Assembly (NCBI GenBank): GCA_964518475.1
Contig: CAZFGR010000001.1
Coordinates: 64,001-128,000 of the forward strand
Length of the DNA: 64,000 nt
Origin: an uncultured Nitrososphaerota archaeon
GTDB lineage: Archaea > Asgardarchaeota > Njordarchaeia > Njordarchaeales > Njordarchaeaceae
Direction: 5' to 3'
Part shown: one piece after another, positions 52,221 to 61,617 of the stretch
How the letters are laid out: each line of letters opens with the position of its first letter
Numbering within the stretch: position 1 is the stretch's first letter
Made by a program: the position numbers and the translations under genes
Notes under the pieces: generated by a model
Database searches by the model: none
The model's input: only the letters and a program-made list of their open reading frames with translations
Told to the model about the DNA's origin: nothing

Positions 52221-52649
52221 TTAAATAATGTTTAGTTCTTTTCCCACTTCAGTAGCAACTTCGTTTAATAATTTCTGCCCTTTTGAGGACACTTTTCTAC
52301 CTTCCACTGTTTTTACAACCAATCCTGCTGCTTCAAGTTGTTGTAGACACGTTCTTATTATTTTAGCCCCAGCCTTTACTTTACGTTCTGGTCTCGATCC
52401 TCTATTCTTCCGTCTCCCATAATGCTTCCTTAGATACCCCACACCTATAGGACCCCTCATATAAACCTGATATAATAGACTAGCAGCACGCAGGTACCAC
52501 CAGTCCGGTTGAATGGGGGGTCTTTCTCTATGAGGACCGGTTTTGATAAATCTCGCCCACTCTGGCATTTTAATTTGAGGAATTTCTTTTAGTCTTTCAG
52601 CTAATTTCTTAATAAGTGCGCTTGGCGGGACATCATACGGTATCAACAT
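52221..52649 (-). CDS. rps19e: 30S ribosomal protein S19e
   Basis: PEWARFIKTG..RERPP..DWWYLRAAS...LQQLEAAGLV. Confidence 0.97.
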   Translation of the reverse strand: MLIPYDVPPSALIKKLAERLKEIPQIKMPEWARFIKTGPHRERPPIQPDWWYLRAASLLYQVYMRGPIGVGYLRKHYGRRKNRGSRPERKVKAGAKIIRTCLQQLEAAGLVVKTVEGRKVSSKGQKLLNEVATEVGKELNII

Positions 52650-52667
52650 CCCAGCTCACCAGGCATT

Positions 52668-52970
52668 TTATACTTTGACTATTTCGAATTTTTTCATTCT
52701 CCTTAATCCAACATGCCTTGATTTACCACATACGCTGCACGTGAGAACTAAATCTATTTTCCTAGTTGTCTTCGTATGCAGTTTCCATTGTGATATAGGT
52801 CTTTTACTATATCTACCATGGTTTCCGTGCCCCTTAGATCTCCTTTCAGCTCTTCTCTGTCCCTTAGATAAAGCTCTACGCACCTTCTTAACAACTTCCA
52901 CCTTAACTTTATGCTCAGTATATGTATTACAGCGTGGACAATACTTTCTAATCTTCTCTGGAAACTTCAT
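52668..52970 (-). CDS. rpl44e: 50S ribosomal protein L44e (eL42)
   Basis: YCPRCNTYTEHKV...KTTRKIDLVLTCSVCGK. Confidence 0.95.
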   Translation of the reverse strand: MKFPEKIRKYCPRCNTYTEHKVKVEVVKKVRRALSKGQRRAERRSKGHGNHGRYSKRPISQWKLHTKTTRKIDLVLTCSVCGKSRHVGLRRMKKFEIVKV

Positions 52971-53024
52971 GGCTCGCCACCATAGTTACATACATTATGT
53001 GAAAACTACTCGTGCGTAATGTTT

Positions 53025-53699
53025 TTAAAAATATATTCTTACACCAAAATCCTTACCTATCCATTTAGCCTTACCGTCTTTAACGAGTATATCTAAGGTT
53101 TTGAGGATAATTTCTCTTGGCAGATCTGGAAATAATTGTGATAGAACACTCATTCTTACGATTTCTAGCCCTATATTTATAGCTTCTTCGTAAATAATTT
53201 GTGCCAATTTTCTTGGTGCCAACCATAGGATTACTATATGTTCTTCATCCAAAAATTTCGCAATTCCTTTCTGCACCAATAGGTTAACGGCAACCTTTAT
53301 ATCTTCTAGCCCTAATCCTCTGCCTTCTTTATCCTTGAAGGGAAAAGTATTGAGTAGATCTAGGAGAGAGAAAAGAAACCTCCCATTTTTTCTTGCATAA
53401 GTTATGATAATGTCGGCCCATTTAGTATACCAGGCTTTTAAAAATTTTTCATGCGGCTTTATTCTGAACCATGCTTCGTAAACTATCGAAGGATAATTCA
53501 CATTTTTCGACAAATTTTCTAGCCTTTCTCTCATCCTTTTCATGAATTCCTTCTCCAGAATTCGTGCAACAGGCGTGACTAATGCTTTTTCCCCGCTTTC
53601 TTCCTTCTCAAACGTCGTTTTGATAGCTTCTATGTCCTGATCTTCTTTTTCTTTAATCACTTTTAGCTCTTCCTCTTTTTCAGCTTGCTTTTCACTCAT
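53025..53699 (-). CDS. vps25: ESCRT-II Vps25-like protein
   Basis: WYTKWADIIITYAR...FPF...LVQKGIAKFLD...ILW..P..LAQIIYE, plus a second winged helix; adjacent to Vps4. Confidence 0.78.
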   Translation of the reverse strand: MSEKQAEKEEELKVIKEKEDQDIEAIKTTFEKEESGEKALVTPVARILEKEFMKRMRERLENLSKNVNYPSIVYEAWFRIKPHEKFLKAWYTKWADIIITYARKNGRFLFSLLDLLNTFPFKDKEGRGLGLEDIKVAVNLLVQKGIAKFLDEEHIVILWLAPRKLAQIIYEEAINIGLEIVRMSVLSQLFPDLPREIILKTLDILVKDGKAKWIGKDFGVRIYF

Positions 53700-53727
53700 T
53701 TCAATTACCTAATTACTCATTACGAGC

Positions 53728-54879
53728 CTACTCTGATGCATATTTACGAGCCCATTCAACGTATTTTCTTATTTCCTCTTTAGTAATACTGGACCTCACT
53801 TTACGTAAGGCTCTGAGAAAGTCCTCCATATTTACTGGCCTTGGCTTAGCATCTTTTTTGGATAATAATCCTTTTTCGGCTAATTCTCTAATGGGATACA
53901 TTATGGCTTCTCTCACTACCAGAGCAATATCGTGCCCAGTATATCCCTCAGTCAACTCGGCCAATTTATCAAGATCCACGTCACCCGCTATTTCTACGCC
54001 TTTAAGATGTATCCTAAAGATCTCTTTCCTAGCCCCGAAGTCAGGGAGGGGTACATATATTCTTTTCTCAAATCTTCTTCTAAATGCTGGATCAATTGCC
54101 TCGGGTACGTTTGTAGCTCCTATAACTACTATTCGCTCATCTGGAGAAGATAATAATCCGTCCATTTCTGTGAGAAAAATAGTTTTTACTCTATGGATAG
54201 CATCATTATCATCCGATTTCCTCACACTAGCTATTGCATCAACTTCGTCGATAAAAATTATAGCTGGCTGGTTTTTCCGCGCTAAATTAAAAATGCTTTT
54301 TACGATTTTCTCTGATTCTCCTAACCACTTTGACAGAATAAGAGCAGCATCAACATTTAAAAATGTAGCATCCACATTACTGGCAACAGCTTTGGCTAAT
54401 AGTGTTTTTCCACAGCCCGGAGGGCCAAATAATAATATACCTTTCCAAGGTCTACGCGATCCCCGAAACAAATCAGGTCTTTGCAAAGGCCAGACGATTG
54501 CCTCCATTAATGCTCTTTTAGCATTTTCTAAGTCAGCTATATCTTCCCAGCGCACTTTCGGTTTCTCAATAATTACTGCTTCTCTAGCAACTTTTTCGAA
54601 TTCACTCTCTTCTTTCCCACTGCTATAACTTCTCTTGCTTTTAGCCTCTCCAAGTAATTTTTGAATTCGCGCAGAATATTGTCTAAGTCTTTTTTCGTAG
54701 ATTTTCTTAATACGCTCCCTAGACTCCAATTTTACTAATTTTTTCAGTGTTGTAATTGCTTTATAGTAATATATTATAGCTAGTCGGGGATTCCCTTTTT
54801 CATCTGCTTCAATAGCTTTCTTAGCATAACTGGCCGCTACCTCTCGTAGCAATTCTAGGTCATACTCCATATTAGACAA
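53728..54879 (-). CDS. vps4: Vps4 AAA ATPase (MIT + AAA)
   Basis: MIT (AKKAIEAD..G...AI.YY.KAI..L), [26 protein letters not shown] and RRRFEKRIYVPLP. Confidence 0.92.
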   Translation of the reverse strand: MSNMEYDLELLREVAASYAKKAIEADEKGNPRLAIIYYYKAITTLKKLVKLESRERIKKIYEKRLRQYSARIQKLLGEAKSKRSYSSGKEESEFEKVAREAVIIEKPKVRWEDIADLENAKRALMEAIVWPLQRPDLFRGSRRPWKGILLFGPPGCGKTLLAKAVASNVDATFLNVDAALILSKWLGESEKIVKSIFNLARKNQPAIIFIDEVDAIASVRKSDDNDAIHRVKTIFLTEMDGLLSSPDERIVVIGATNVPEAIDPAFRRRFEKRIYVPLPDFGARKEIFRIHLKGVEIAGDVDLDKLAELTEGYTGHDIALVVREAIMYPIRELAEKGLLSKKDAKPRPVNMEDFLRALRKVRSSITKEEIRKYVEWARKYASE

Positions 54880-55045
54880 CCATCCCCTTCAATGCACTTT
54901 ATACTACTACTTCAAACAATATATTTAATAGAATTTGACTGACTATAGTTATTGGGCATCATAAGATACAAATAACAAAAAATCACTAAATAGTCCGAAT
55001 AATATATCTTAAGTATTCTGAACATAATGACTAGAAAGAGAATGA

Positions 55046-56749
55046 GTGTATAAAGAGTTGTCTCCCTTTAGTTTAACTCTCAGAAATCTGGGTGATTCCG
55101 TGTCAATAAGTAGTCTTAAGGATTATGAGAAGATTCTTCAAATTTTCGTTGAAACTCTTAAAGAGCTTAAAAGTCCAATGGAACGTCGTTTACTTACTCT
55201 CAATATCGCTGAACATGTGCCCGAGATCAAATGGTGGGGCATCTCCGTTTTAGCTGACAGAATTTTTGAGGACTTATTAAAAGAAAAACAAGATGCAATA
55301 ACTCTCGCAATAGCCGCTAAAATAATCGTTAAGGAATATCCCGAGAAATCTTTAATGTATGCTCGTAGGGTACTCTCTGAGTTAGAAAATCTTAGTGAAT
55401 GGGAATATGATCGTGCCCTCTCCTTAATATATGTAGCTCTCGCACTTGAACAATTAAATGAGCACGAAATGGCGTTTTCAGCGCTTAGAGATGCTCTTAA
55501 ATGGGCCAGGAAAATACCTGATAGATCTGATCGCTCTATAATTCTTAGCAAGCTCATACCTATGATTTATAGATCTGGCCAAAGATCACTGGCATTAACA
55601 CTTATTGATGAAGTTGTTTATACTCCCAAAAAAGTTGATGCAGTGCTAGGAATTATAAGACACTTAACAATAAGTGACGAGAATATATTAGAGCATCTCC
55701 TTAGGAAAATTCCTTCCGATGAACAACCAATAGCATTAGCGACTTGGGCGGACACTATATCTCCTAGCAATCCAAGCAAAGTTTTGGAAATATGTAATAG
55801 AGCTTTAGGCGAGTTGGAGGAAAGAGGAGAAAAAGAAAGCCTGCGTGCTGCAACAGTTTATTTACGATGCTTCTCGGCGTTGATAAGAATTAAAAATAAC
55901 CCTCTCATAAGCAATAAAGCACTTGAGATCTACTCCTCGTTACGCAATACTTTGATTAAAAAAATAGAAGAGCGCCCTTACCTTAATCTATTCCTGGAAC
56001 TTATCGAAATTCTCACACGGGAGAAGTACATTGAAAGAGTACGTGAAATACTGAGCCGTCTTAAAATATTAGCGAAGAGAAAAACTCCTCCCGATAATCT
56101 CTTTATCTTAAACAAAATAGCCTATATCTATGCTAAAATAAATGATTTCAGTCAAGCAGCCGAGAACCTCACTAAAGTCTTGGGGATTAGCCGAACATTA
56201 GAAAAACTCTTAGCCGTCCCAGCAATGATTGACTCGGCCATCACAGCAACAGCTATTATGAATGAATTTCCAGCTACTATTCCAAGAGAACTCGTTTTAG
56301 AATATGCTGATATGATTCGCCCCGCGGAGTACTTCGAACTAAAAATTCATTTATCGCGAGAAAACTTCGAGTTCCTTAAAACGTTATATCCGGGTCAAAC
56401 GCTTAGTGAGGCTATTAATTCAATAATCCTGAAAGGTAGAATTCTTGAGAGCATGAGATTGGATGAGAATATTAAAAAGTTGGTTCAAAAACTTGTAGAT
56501 CTGGGTGAATACACGATTCTCCACTATTTATTAAAGTATATCTATTCGGTAGGTATACCAGAATCTGAGAGACAAACACTTCTTAACCTCTTAGGAAGAA
56601 CTGTCGAAATGCTTACACTTAATCAAATAGATGAAGCAAAATCATATATTGAGTTGATATTGTCGAGACTCGAAAGAAATGGTATTCCATTGATACCTAT
56701 TCTCTACCAATACTTCAGCGAATACGTAATAGCTCTTCTCCTGAGATAG
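55046..56749 (+). CDS. Alpha-helical repeat (TPR-like) hypothetical protein
   Basis: All-helical amphipathic repeats (ALSLIYVALAL..., LNKIAYIYAKINDFSQAAENL). Confidence 0.7.
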   Translation: MYKELSPFSLTLRNLGDSVSISSLKDYEKILQIFVETLKELKSPMERRLLTLNIAEHVPEIKWWGISVLADRIFEDLLKEKQDAITLAIAAKIIVKEYPEKSLMYARRVLSELENLSEWEYDRALSLIYVALALEQLNEHEMAFSALRDALKWARKIPDRSDRSIILSKLIPMIYRSGQRSLALTLIDEVVYTPKKVDAVLGIIRHLTISDENILEHLLRKIPSDEQPIALATWADTISPSNPSKVLEICNRALGELEERGEKESLRAATVYLRCFSALIRIKNNPLISNKALEIYSSLRNTLIKKIEERPYLNLFLELIEILTREKYIERVREILSRLKILAKRKTPPDNLFILNKIAYIYAKINDFSQAAENLTKVLGISRTLEKLLAVPAMIDSAITATAIMNEFPATIPRELVLEYADMIRPAEYFELKIHLSRENFEFLKTLYPGQTLSEAINSIILKGRILESMRLDENIKKLVQKLVDLGEYTILHYLLKYIYSVGIPESERQTLLNLLGRTVEMLTLNQIDEAKSYIELILSRLERNGIPLIPILYQYFSEYVIALLLR

Positions 56750-56754
56750 AAATT

Positions 56755-57645
56755 CTACGTATTAGCATAATCAACCATTTCTGTATTCACACCTTGTTCT
56801 TTCAAAATTTTCTTTACGATTTCTCTCAAATCGCTGAAGGGTATCCTATACTTCTTGTTAAAGTATTTTAGTATTCTTAAGATGTCTTTAGACAGATACT
56901 CTGTAGCTTCAGGTCTAGTCGAAACTATATACTGAGGAAAATCGATAAGATATACCTCTCCGTTCTCTGTAACAAGTATGTTGAATTCGCTAAGATCTGC
57001 GTGAACAATACCTGCTTTAAAAGCCTTAATTATTTCTCTAATAATTTTTTCGAAAATTTCTAAAGGCTCTAATAACTTTGTCTTTACCAGTTCAACGCCA
57101 TCAATATAATCCATCACAATTACATGTCGACTCCGGGCAATTGGTCGAGGAACATGAACGCCCGAGTTGTAAAGAATTTTTAATGCGTGAAACTCCCGTC
57201 TAGCGCTTCTAAAAGCTAATTGGAACCACGAATATACTCGATTTGGCACATAATAGTATCTGTACCATCTGATTCTTCTAAAGCTCTCTCGACTAATTCT
57301 GTATAGTTTCAAAATACGCGGTTCACTATTAAAGTAAGCAATCCATATGTCTCCTTCTTTTCCCATGCCGATTTTTGGTCCTACTTTTGTAATGACTCCA
57401 TACATGCTTAGGGATCGCAAAGCTATTGCATCAAGTCCTTTATATGTAAGACTATATCCAACATACTCTTCTTGTTTCTTCTTAACTAATTTATACTTCA
57501 GGAGAAAATCCATTATCTGTTCTAACTTATTAGGTTTTACTCGCACTTTTTTAGCTATATATTGTAGTGGTACGTACTCGAACCGCCTTAGGGATTTTTC
57601 TAGAACCAATAGAATTTCGTAGTGTAGTGTGCTTAGATGCTTCAT
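56755..57645 (-). CDS. rio2: RIO2 serine/threonine kinase
   Basis: N-terminal wHTH (FEYVP...GYSLTYKGLD), IGMGKEGDI, VHADLSEFNIL and IDFPQ motifs. Confidence 0.95.
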   Translation of the reverse strand: MKHLSTLHYEILLVLEKSLRRFEYVPLQYIAKKVRVKPNKLEQIMDFLLKYKLVKKKQEEYVGYSLTYKGLDAIALRSLSMYGVITKVGPKIGMGKEGDIWIAYFNSEPRILKLYRISRESFRRIRWYRYYYVPNRVYSWFQLAFRSARREFHALKILYNSGVHVPRPIARSRHVIVMDYIDGVELVKTKLLEPLEIFEKIIREIIKAFKAGIVHADLSEFNILVTENGEVYLIDFPQYIVSTRPEATEYLSKDILRILKYFNKKYRIPFSDLREIVKKILKEQGVNTEMVDYANT

Positions 57646-57678
57646 TATGTCTACTACTTCTAGTAAGCTAATTTCATC

Positions 57679-58347
57679 TCACCTCTTCAATTTTTCACCA
57701 CATTCAGAATGTAAATAGCATCGAAGTATCCTTCTCGGTGTGCTAAAGATTACCTCGATAACTTCTTCATTTCTTTTAATGCCTTGCCCACATTCTAGAC
57801 AATATCCACTTCTGCTTAACTTTTTTTCTTCAAAAGCTAGGCGTACGAACCGCCATTCTCTTTTCCATACATTGAAACTCGTCTTAACGAGACTTTTTCT
57901 TTCCTCTAGATCAAGGCCCACCCACTTTAAAAGTTCGATCACATAGTCTCTATAGTGTATTAATCTCTTAACTAGTAGTCTAGGAACTCCTATTTCAATT
58001 AAGTGAAAATCAAAGCGAGCCTCTACTAGATCTTGTAATCTTGACTCTATTTTCGTCGGCATCCATCTCCAACCGTTTTCTTCGAAAAAAGCAAAAACGG
58101 GCTCGAAAAAAGTTCCTCGACAGATTTTTATGAGATCATCTTCTGGTTTGAACTTTAGCTCTTTAAGAAGACTCGCAACTGATTTTACCAATTCTTCCTG
58201 AAGAATTGACTTATCAGCTCCTTCTTTGAAAAAATCTATTGGAATAATTCTAGCGCTAAATTTGTTTCCTCTCAAACCCCCTATTACAACGCCTCCTACG
58301 GGACATCCCACCCCTGCATCATCGATTTCAACGATCATATTATACAA
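57679..58347 (-). CDS. RNase HII-like fold protein with C-terminal Zn finger
   Basis: VEIDDAGVGCPVGGVVIG resembles IDEAGRG; CLECG...HSEC tail. Confidence 0.6.
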   Translation of the reverse strand: MYNMIVEIDDAGVGCPVGGVVIGGLRGNKFSARIIPIDFFKEGADKSILQEELVKSVASLLKELKFKPEDDLIKICRGTFFEPVFAFFEENGWRWMPTKIESRLQDLVEARFDFHLIEIGVPRLLVKRLIHYRDYVIELLKWVGLDLEERKSLVKTSFNVWKREWRFVRLAFEEKKLSRSGYCLECGQGIKRNEEVIEVIFSTPRRILRCYLHSECGEKLKR

Positions 58348-58438
58348 CTCCCAGACACTACTCCTTTATAATGTATTTGGTGCTAATTTGATTACCATTT
58401 ATAAAGAGTTAAAGATCTAAAGATCCTGGTGCAATATT

Positions 58439-59023
58439 ATGGAAGTTGATGAAAAAGTAGAAGAAAAGGAGTTAGAGAAAGAAGTCGAGTTTATTAAGAA
58501 AATTTTCTCAGAAGAATTTGTGGAAAGTGAGGAGAGGAAAAAACCACACGAAAAAATCTCCGCAGAGAAAATTCGGATAGAGACTGATATTTCTCAGGTA
58601 CTTATGGAAGTTCGGGAAAACCTTTCTCATATCTCAGAAGAAATCGAGAAACTCCGAAACGATTTTGACTTACTACTCAATTCAGTTAATGAAATAAAAG
58701 GCATTCTTTTACTATCTGCGCGACCACCAGAGAAATTCCCGAGAAAAGGTATTGGAAATGTATTCAGTAGACCGAGTAGCGAAAACATTGACGAAGTATT
58801 AAGAGAAATTGAAAAAACAGTGTTTTCACCCGTTGATAAACTGATTGTACAGGCAATTAAAGTAGAAGGATTAAAGATTTGGCTTGAGGAATTATTTGAT
58901 GAGATAGAGAAGGGTCATTTAGAAATCCCTGAAGATAGGGTATCAGAGGCTAAAAAACTTTACAAACTTCTTTTGCAAGCATCTAGGAATCTACGTGACC
59001 AGATATTACTCTCTGCTAGATAG
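58439..59023 (+). CDS. Hypothetical acidic coiled-coil protein
   Basis: E/K-rich with a heptad segment; no family recognised. Confidence 0.7.
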   Translation: MEVDEKVEEKELEKEVEFIKKIFSEEFVESEERKKPHEKISAEKIRIETDISQVLMEVRENLSHISEEIEKLRNDFDLLLNSVNEIKGILLLSARPPEKFPRKGIGNVFSRPSSENIDEVLREIEKTVFSPVDKLIVQAIKVEGLKIWLEELFDEIEKGHLEIPEDRVSEAKKLYKLLLQASRNLRDQILLSAR

Positions 59024-59939
59024 TGAATACTCGCGCCCCCCATTTCCTAATAATTTCACTCACAATAGTCTCTTCCGTTTTAATGATAACTGGTAAAGAG
59101 GATAATTTATAAAACATCTTCTTTCCCACACGTTCTCCATGTATTAATCCTAGTTCTTCGAGTTCTTTTAGATGTCGCGATATCGTAGCGGGGGATTTAT
59201 TGATGATGTCTGAGATTAATTTTGCGAAAAGTCCATTATCATAAATTGTTAAAAGCCACAAAATTCTGAGTTTTGTTCCCTTGAGCTTCTTAATCATGTT
59301 AACGACGTCTAATCCTAATTCTTCTGGGGAGCGTATTTGCAGAAGAAGAGATAATAGCGGATTCTGAACTACACGAGACACTTTTCCGAATCTCCTCGAG
59401 ACAATTTCCCTAACATCTTTTTCGCTCGGATATGTCATAACTATTATCTGCCACGCATTATCTTCTTCGAAGAGCCCTCTTTCAAGCCCTTCTAATACTA
59501 AATAAGGTCGAAGCTCGATACATATTGATTTGTTCTTAGGAAACTTCTCAAGTGCTTTCATAACGTCCTCTATCGATGTCCAACCAGAATCTAGAATAAA
59601 GAAGCAACTAGCGGAAGAATTGATATCCTTATCTAAGCTTTCTAATAGTTGCACGTTAACATATTTTTTCAAAATGTTGTAAACGTACCTTATTGTTGTT
59701 GTTTTACCTACTCCTCTTGGCCCCGTTAAAATTATTCTCATCTTTTCCTCTAATCTACAGACCGCTGCTAGAATTTTTGCAAGCGTTCTAACTGAGTGTG
59801 TCTCGATAAAAAATTGCTTAAAATCTTCATCAGACACAAGTTCAATCTTCTCTGGCTTTAAAATAGCCATGAGGTACTGCCGTATCTTGTCCCTTTCATG
59901 TTCTCCTAGGATTTTTAAAATTTCCTGCTCTATACTCAA
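59016..59939 (-). CDS. P-loop ATPase fused to ArsR-type wHTH
   Basis: ILTGPRGVGKTT Walker A; SPATISRHLKELEELGLI...GKKMFY. Confidence 0.8.
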   Translation of the reverse strand: MSIEQEILKILGEHERDKIRQYLMAILKPEKIELVSDEDFKQFFIETHSVRTLAKILAAVCRLEEKMRIILTGPRGVGKTTTIRYVYNILKKYVNVQLLESLDKDINSSASCFFILDSGWTSIEDVMKALEKFPKNKSICIELRPYLVLEGLERGLFEEDNAWQIIVMTYPSEKDVREIVSRRFGKVSRVVQNPLLSLLLQIRSPEELGLDVVNMIKKLKGTKLRILWLLTIYDNGLFAKLISDIINKSPATISRHLKELEELGLIHGERVGKKMFYKLSSLPVIIKTEETIVSEIIRKWGARVFTI

Positions 59940-60199
59940 AATTATCCCGCGTGCACAATTCCTAGTTGAGATTGTTGAGATTTATGATAATGATTGCAAC
60001 TATATTTATATTTTTAGATCGAGGGTAATACGTTAAGAAGAAGAGCTGTTTAGTTAGAATAATTGCTTAAGTGTGATTTAATACCAATATAGATGAAGAA
60101 AACACCATTTTCGGGAAATAAAATAGCTCTCTACCTACTACTAGTTATGTAGGGTTAACCGAGGCTATTCTTAATTATAATTGATTGAAAATCACAAAA

Positions 60200-60439
60200 T
60201 CAGCTAGTCTTATCGTTCAGCTCAGCGAGCTTCTTTGATATTTGTAAAATTCTTTCCTTTATTTCTTCAATATCTTCAATAAGCATAGCCGTTGTTTCCC
60301 TCGACACCCGTCTCAGATCCTCTATATCGTGTTTTAGTGCATTAATTTGATCCAATAATTTATCCAAAAAGATAATTGCTTTTCGAGCTTTATTAAGAAT
60401 CTCTTGGTCGACGTCAGTTGATCCTTCCACGGAAAGCAC
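60200..60439 (-). CDS. Small coiled-coil hypothetical protein
   Basis: 79 aa with heptad pattern and protein-like composition. Confidence 0.55.
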   Translation of the reverse strand: MLSVEGSTDVDQEILNKARKAIIFLDKLLDQINALKHDIEDLRRVSRETTAMLIEDIEEIKERILQISKKLAELNDKTS

Positions 60440-60655
60440 CTATCCCTTGGGATTCGTTATAATTTCTTAAAATTATCGTCTGATTCCTTAACAATACCAG
60501 CTAAGGAAGAATATTACTTTTAACCCATTACATATTATCGTAAGTTTGACTATTTCAACATTCTGACTATGTGTATTACAACAATATTTCTTGCATTTTA
60601 AACATTCTTTACCAAAAACGTATTTCTGGATTATGAAGAATACGGTGAGTTCACA

Positions 60656-61264
60656 TTGGGTTTTCTTCGCAGACTTCTGGGTAGGGTAAACAAAAGAAGT
60701 ATTCGACTTGGAATATTTGGAGAAGTAGGAGCTGGCAAAACTACTCTCGCCAACTATATAACTAAGAAGCATTTGGGCAAAGAAGTAGGTTCAGTTACTG
60801 GAATTCCGCATGAAACTCGTCGAGTAAATACTATAGAGAATCTTATTCTCCGAATAGATGGTAAGGAATTGAACTTTACGATTATAGATACGCCTGGTTT
60901 ATCCACTTACATTGACTATCGTGAGTTTCTAAAACACGGTTTAAGCGAAGAAGAGGCTATTGAGAGAGCTAAGGAGGCTACAAAAGGAGTTATCGAAGCT
61001 ATAAAGGAACTAGATAATGTCGATGCAGCAATTATAGTTATTGATTCTACACGATTACCTTTTAATCAAGTGAATATGATGCTTATAGGAACGCTGGAAC
61101 TGAAGAAGATTCCATTTGTAATTGCAGCGAATAAGATCGATAAACCAGAGTCTAGGCCAGAATTAGTGAAAGAAACTTTCCAAAAAAAGGTAGTAGTTCC
61201 AATATCCGCTCTCACCGGTCAAAATGTTGAACAACTATTAGAAAAATTAACAAAACAAATTTAA
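60656..61264 (+). CDS. Archaeal Era-like small GTPase (OapA-like)
   Basis: GEVGAGKTT, IPHETR, DTPG, EATKGVIEAI, NKID and SAL motifs. Confidence 0.9.
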   Translation: MGFLRRLLGRVNKRSIRLGIFGEVGAGKTTLANYITKKHLGKEVGSVTGIPHETRRVNTIENLILRIDGKELNFTIIDTPGLSTYIDYREFLKHGLSEEEAIERAKEATKGVIEAIKELDNVDAAIIVIDSTRLPFNQVNMMLIGTLELKKIPFVIAANKIDKPESRPELVKETFQKKVVVPISALTGQNVEQLLEKLTKQI

Positions 61265-61277
61265 CAGAGGCGTCACT

Positions 61278-61610
61278 ATGCGCATCGGCATTGAATATTT
61301 CTCTATTGACTTCTTTAGAAAGCTGCTTAATAAAGGGTATTTTCACCAAATAGTTAGAAAGTTTCGATCTGGTTACGTAATTATAGTGGAGGGGTCACTT
61401 TCACCGCTGGAGAAATCAAACATACTTAAAGAGATAATGAAGGTGATTGATACTGAATTCTATGGTATCGAATTCTTCGAAGTTACGGCTCCTGGAAGGA
61501 TACGAAGGAAAAAAATGGTTACAATTATTACACCAAAGCTTCGCATGATGAATTTTGAAGTCACAAGGCATCTTGGCGACTACGAAATTTTGTTTCACTT
61601 AAGATCCTAG
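61278..61610 (+). CDS. DUF2073 (OapB-like) protein
   Basis: VIIVEGSLSPLEKSNIL..IM..ID.EFYGIE...VTIITP; follows the GTPase. Confidence 0.75.
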   Translation: MRIGIEYFSIDFFRKLLNKGYFHQIVRKFRSGYVIIVEGSLSPLEKSNILKEIMKVIDTEFYGIEFFEVTAPGRIRRKKMVTIITPKLRMMNFEVTRHLGDYEILFHLRS

Positions 61611-61617
61611 GTTTTAA

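Noticed and set aside
53858-54628. 256-aa plus-strand ORF and other antisense ORFs in the track (e.g. 5280-5642, 22812-23261, 30254-30706)
   Set aside because: They are shadows of well-supported genes on the opposite strand and lack recognisable motifs.
60425-60435. TTCCACGGAAA as an ORB element
   Set aside because: Single imperfect copy inside a probable ORF, with no G-string.
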